64,000 nt of DNA from Sminthopsis crassicaudata (Eukaryota): assembly GCF_048593235.1 (NCBI RefSeq), contig NC_133621.1, positions 219,873,238 to 219,937,237 on the forward strand, read 5' to 3'. A program made the translations under genes and the position numbers. This document shows positions 61,209-64,000 of this stretch, one piece after another (position 1 is the stretch's first letter; every line of letters begins with the position of its first letter). The notes under the pieces were generated by a model. It worked only from the letters and a program-made list of their open reading frames with translations. It did not search any database and was not told the origin of the DNA.

Positions 61209-63530
61209 TGCTTCCCTTGCTGGATCTAAGGGTGAAAAAGAAACAAATAAGTGGAATAGATTGGAGAGGAGGAGAAAAAGTCAGACTGGGAGAGAAAAAT
61301 CAGGTGAGCTATCAGAGTCATCTCATTTGTATTTCCTCTGCCCAGTAGGCTAATGGGCAGCTCCTGGAATACTCTATTTCACTTATGAAGTATCCCTTGT
61401 ACAAGACTTTTCCATGTTATATTCTTCCCATACATCTCTCAGCCCTTATTTCCAGAGTGATGATTGATTTTTTGCCTTTATTTTACATATTCATAATTTG
61501 ATCTCCCTTTTCCCTTTTCTTTTGGAGGCATTTGAAGTTAAATGAATTGTCCAGGGTCACACAGCTAGTGTCTGAGGTCAGATTTGAATCCAGGTACTTC
61601 TGACTGCATGACTCATGCTCTACTCACTGTGCCATCTAGATACAGGTTCTTTTCATTTTTAACGCCACCACTGCACTGTAATTCTGGGGCAGCTTGTGCC
61701 ATGATAGACAGAGCTTTGGATAGACAGAGTCAGATCTTGAGTTCAATTCCTGTGTTACTATTTGAAAACTCTGGTTAGGTTACTTAAATATCTTTTTTCC
61801 GTTTCAGTTTCTTCATCTGTAAAACGGGGAAAATAAGAGGATCTACCTCATAGAGTATTACATATGCAAAATATTTTGTAAACTTTAAAGCTCTAAGCAG
61901 CAGCTGCCACTTCTACTACTATTATTGTTGCTGTTGCTGCTACTAATCTGTCTTCATACTTGCCTGTCAAAAATGTTTGACTTTCTTCACTCCTCTGGCT
62001 CAGAGCTTATATTTTACCCTTTGAGCCTTCTCTGAACCAAATGATTGGAAAATAATCTTGATATTACATATCTGGGAGGGAAAAATTCATGACCTTAACA
62101 TCATATACTTCCTAACTATCATCTTCTTAAAGTCAATTTTGTTCTACTCACTTCCATCTTCCTGGATAATTTTGCCACTTTTTTTTTTTTTTTTTTTTTA
62201 ATGCTCAAATTCTTGGAGATATCTTTTCTAGCTTCCAGGTCAAATGACTAATTTATATTGTGTTAGCAGTCTAGCCCCTTACCCCCTTTAGTATTTCTCA
62301 AAGGAATTTTATCTAAGTGTGTCTTTCTATCTCATATTTGTATAGATCATTCTTTTGAACCCAAATGCAAGGCTTTTAATTCACTCTTGTTTAATTATAA
62401 CTTATTAAATATGGATGATAGTTTTGATACCAGGCAAATGATAATAAAAAGGAGCTAGACATATTGTAATGAATTTTGATTATGTTATTACTTCTAAATT
62501 TCCCAGCCTTGACCAATCTCATCAAAGAATTTATCCCCAGCCAAACCTGAGTAGACCACAATGGGATTAAATTCCTGGTAAATTGGGTGGGATTTAATCA
62601 AGAATGAGGAATGTTAATTCAATCTCATTATCAGTAATGTCTTTCCAGGTATTGAATTTTGAAATGAGGGCTATGGAAAAAGGGGGAACTCTGGATCTTC
62701 CCAAATCATTGGTTATTAATAAACATTTTTCTTAGTGGGGAATTTACTGGATTGAAAAAAAGACTATAAGTTGCAGGTAATTCTAGTTTGTCTTTCTGGT
62801 GATATGGAGTTGAGAAAATTAGGAATGTCTTGAAGAGCGGGGTATTAGAGCAGAGATCTCACATTTTTCCCATCCATGTAGATCTTTCTTTTCTAATGAA
62901 GAGAAAGAGAAACTGGATGGCAAAAAATTGGAATACTATTTGTTAAAAAGGAAAGCCAGGTAGAGAACCTTTGCTAAAGAACTCATAACAAGCAACTGGG
63001 AAGAAGCTACAAGGTTTTTGATAAAGCATACCTTAAACCAACTTGAATTTCTGGAGACTAGGAATAAATCTTGGGAGTAGTGTTATCCAAAGCAAGGAAT
63101 CTAGGGTGAATTAAAAAGACTTTTGCTCAAATTCCATGAGAGAAAATCAAGATTAGATAAAGAATAATATTTAATTAATACCCATCTCTACAATAAATGA
63201 TCATCTGTTTCTTAAGATAGTGATGATATTCAATAAAATAAAAAAAAAATCTCGCTTCTTTGAATAACAAGATACTAAACATGCCTGCTAAATGAAGACA
63301 TAAATGAATAAAGGAATGACTTTTTTCTCATCTCTCTCTTTTATTTCCTTGGTTCCTTTTTTAGGATATTAGGATTTGGCCAATCCCTTTATTTTACAGA
63401 TAAAGAAACTGAGGCACAGTGAGATGAAGTAACTTGCCTAAAGTCATATAAATAGCAAGTAACAGAACTGTTTCTTCCCTTCTGAAACAAGTGGAAACTT
63501 CTCAAAGACAGGCTATGAGGAATACTTAGT

Positions 63531-63892
63531 AAAAAATTTTATTAAAGCATTTTATTTACAAAACATATGCATGGATAATTTTTCAACACTGACCCATGAA
63601 AAACTTTGTGTTCCAAAATTTTCGTTTCTTCCCCTCAGTCCCTCCCCTAAATGGCAAGTAGTCCAATACATGTTAAATATGTTAAGATATATGTTAAGTC
63701 CAATATATGTATACATATTTATACAGTTATCTTGCTGAACAAGAAAAGTTGGATCAAGAGGAAAAAAAAATTGAGAAATAAAACAAAATGTGAGCAAATA
63801 TCAAAGGAAAGAGTGAAAATGCTATGCTGTGGTCCACACTCAGTTCCCATAGTCCTTTCTCTGGGTGTATATGAATCTCTTCATCACTGAAC
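63531..63892 (-). mobile_element. Short L1 3' end insertion specific to duplicate copy 2
   Basis: Reverse-complement L1 3' UTR flanked by AATACTTAGT (63521-63530) and AATACTCAGT (63893-63902), a probable 10-bp TSD. Confidence 0.75.
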
Positions 63893-64000
63893 AATACTCA
63901 GTGCCCTCACCACTCTGTTTTATCTTTCATTCATTTTGTGAAATACATATCATCTCCTCTGATAACATATAAGTTCCCTTAGACAGTGTCTTTTTTCTTA

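Noticed and set aside
1-64000. tRNA, rRNA, CRISPR or prokaryotic systems
   Set aside because: None seen. tRNA-like A/B boxes all belong to SINE heads, and the tRNA-complementary 17-mers are retroviral primer-binding sites.

Overview
Mammalian genomic DNA, almost certainly marsupial and probably dasyurid-like, judged from WSINE1-type SINEs, RTE/WALLSI elements and marsupial L1s. It is part of an olfactory receptor (OR) cluster resembling the human 12q13.2 OR6C/OR10P cluster. There are four intact single-exon ORs: one OR10P-like (+), one divergent OR6-family (-) and two 96%-identical OR6C4/OR2AP1-like genes (-) in a tandem segmental duplication. Two OR pseudogenes are also present: a 3' remnant of the OR10P duplicate and an OR6C gene split by a solo LTR. 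The standout is an intact, intronless 288-aa copy of the spliceosomal factor C9orf78. It has a poly(A) remnant and a CpG island with housekeeping-type promoter motifs, i.e. a probable expressed retrogene inside a CpG-poor OR cluster. Mobile elements include: a young full-length L1 (17-bp TSD, three single-base frameshifts) nested in an RTE; an internally deleted betaretroviral provirus with 6-bp TSD; a 93-bp env fragment captured inside a nearby SINE; a compound back-to-back LTR structure; several solo LTRs; truncated L1s; and a Tigger1 fragment. There are two assembly gaps. Family names come from memory of consensus sequences, not from database searches.
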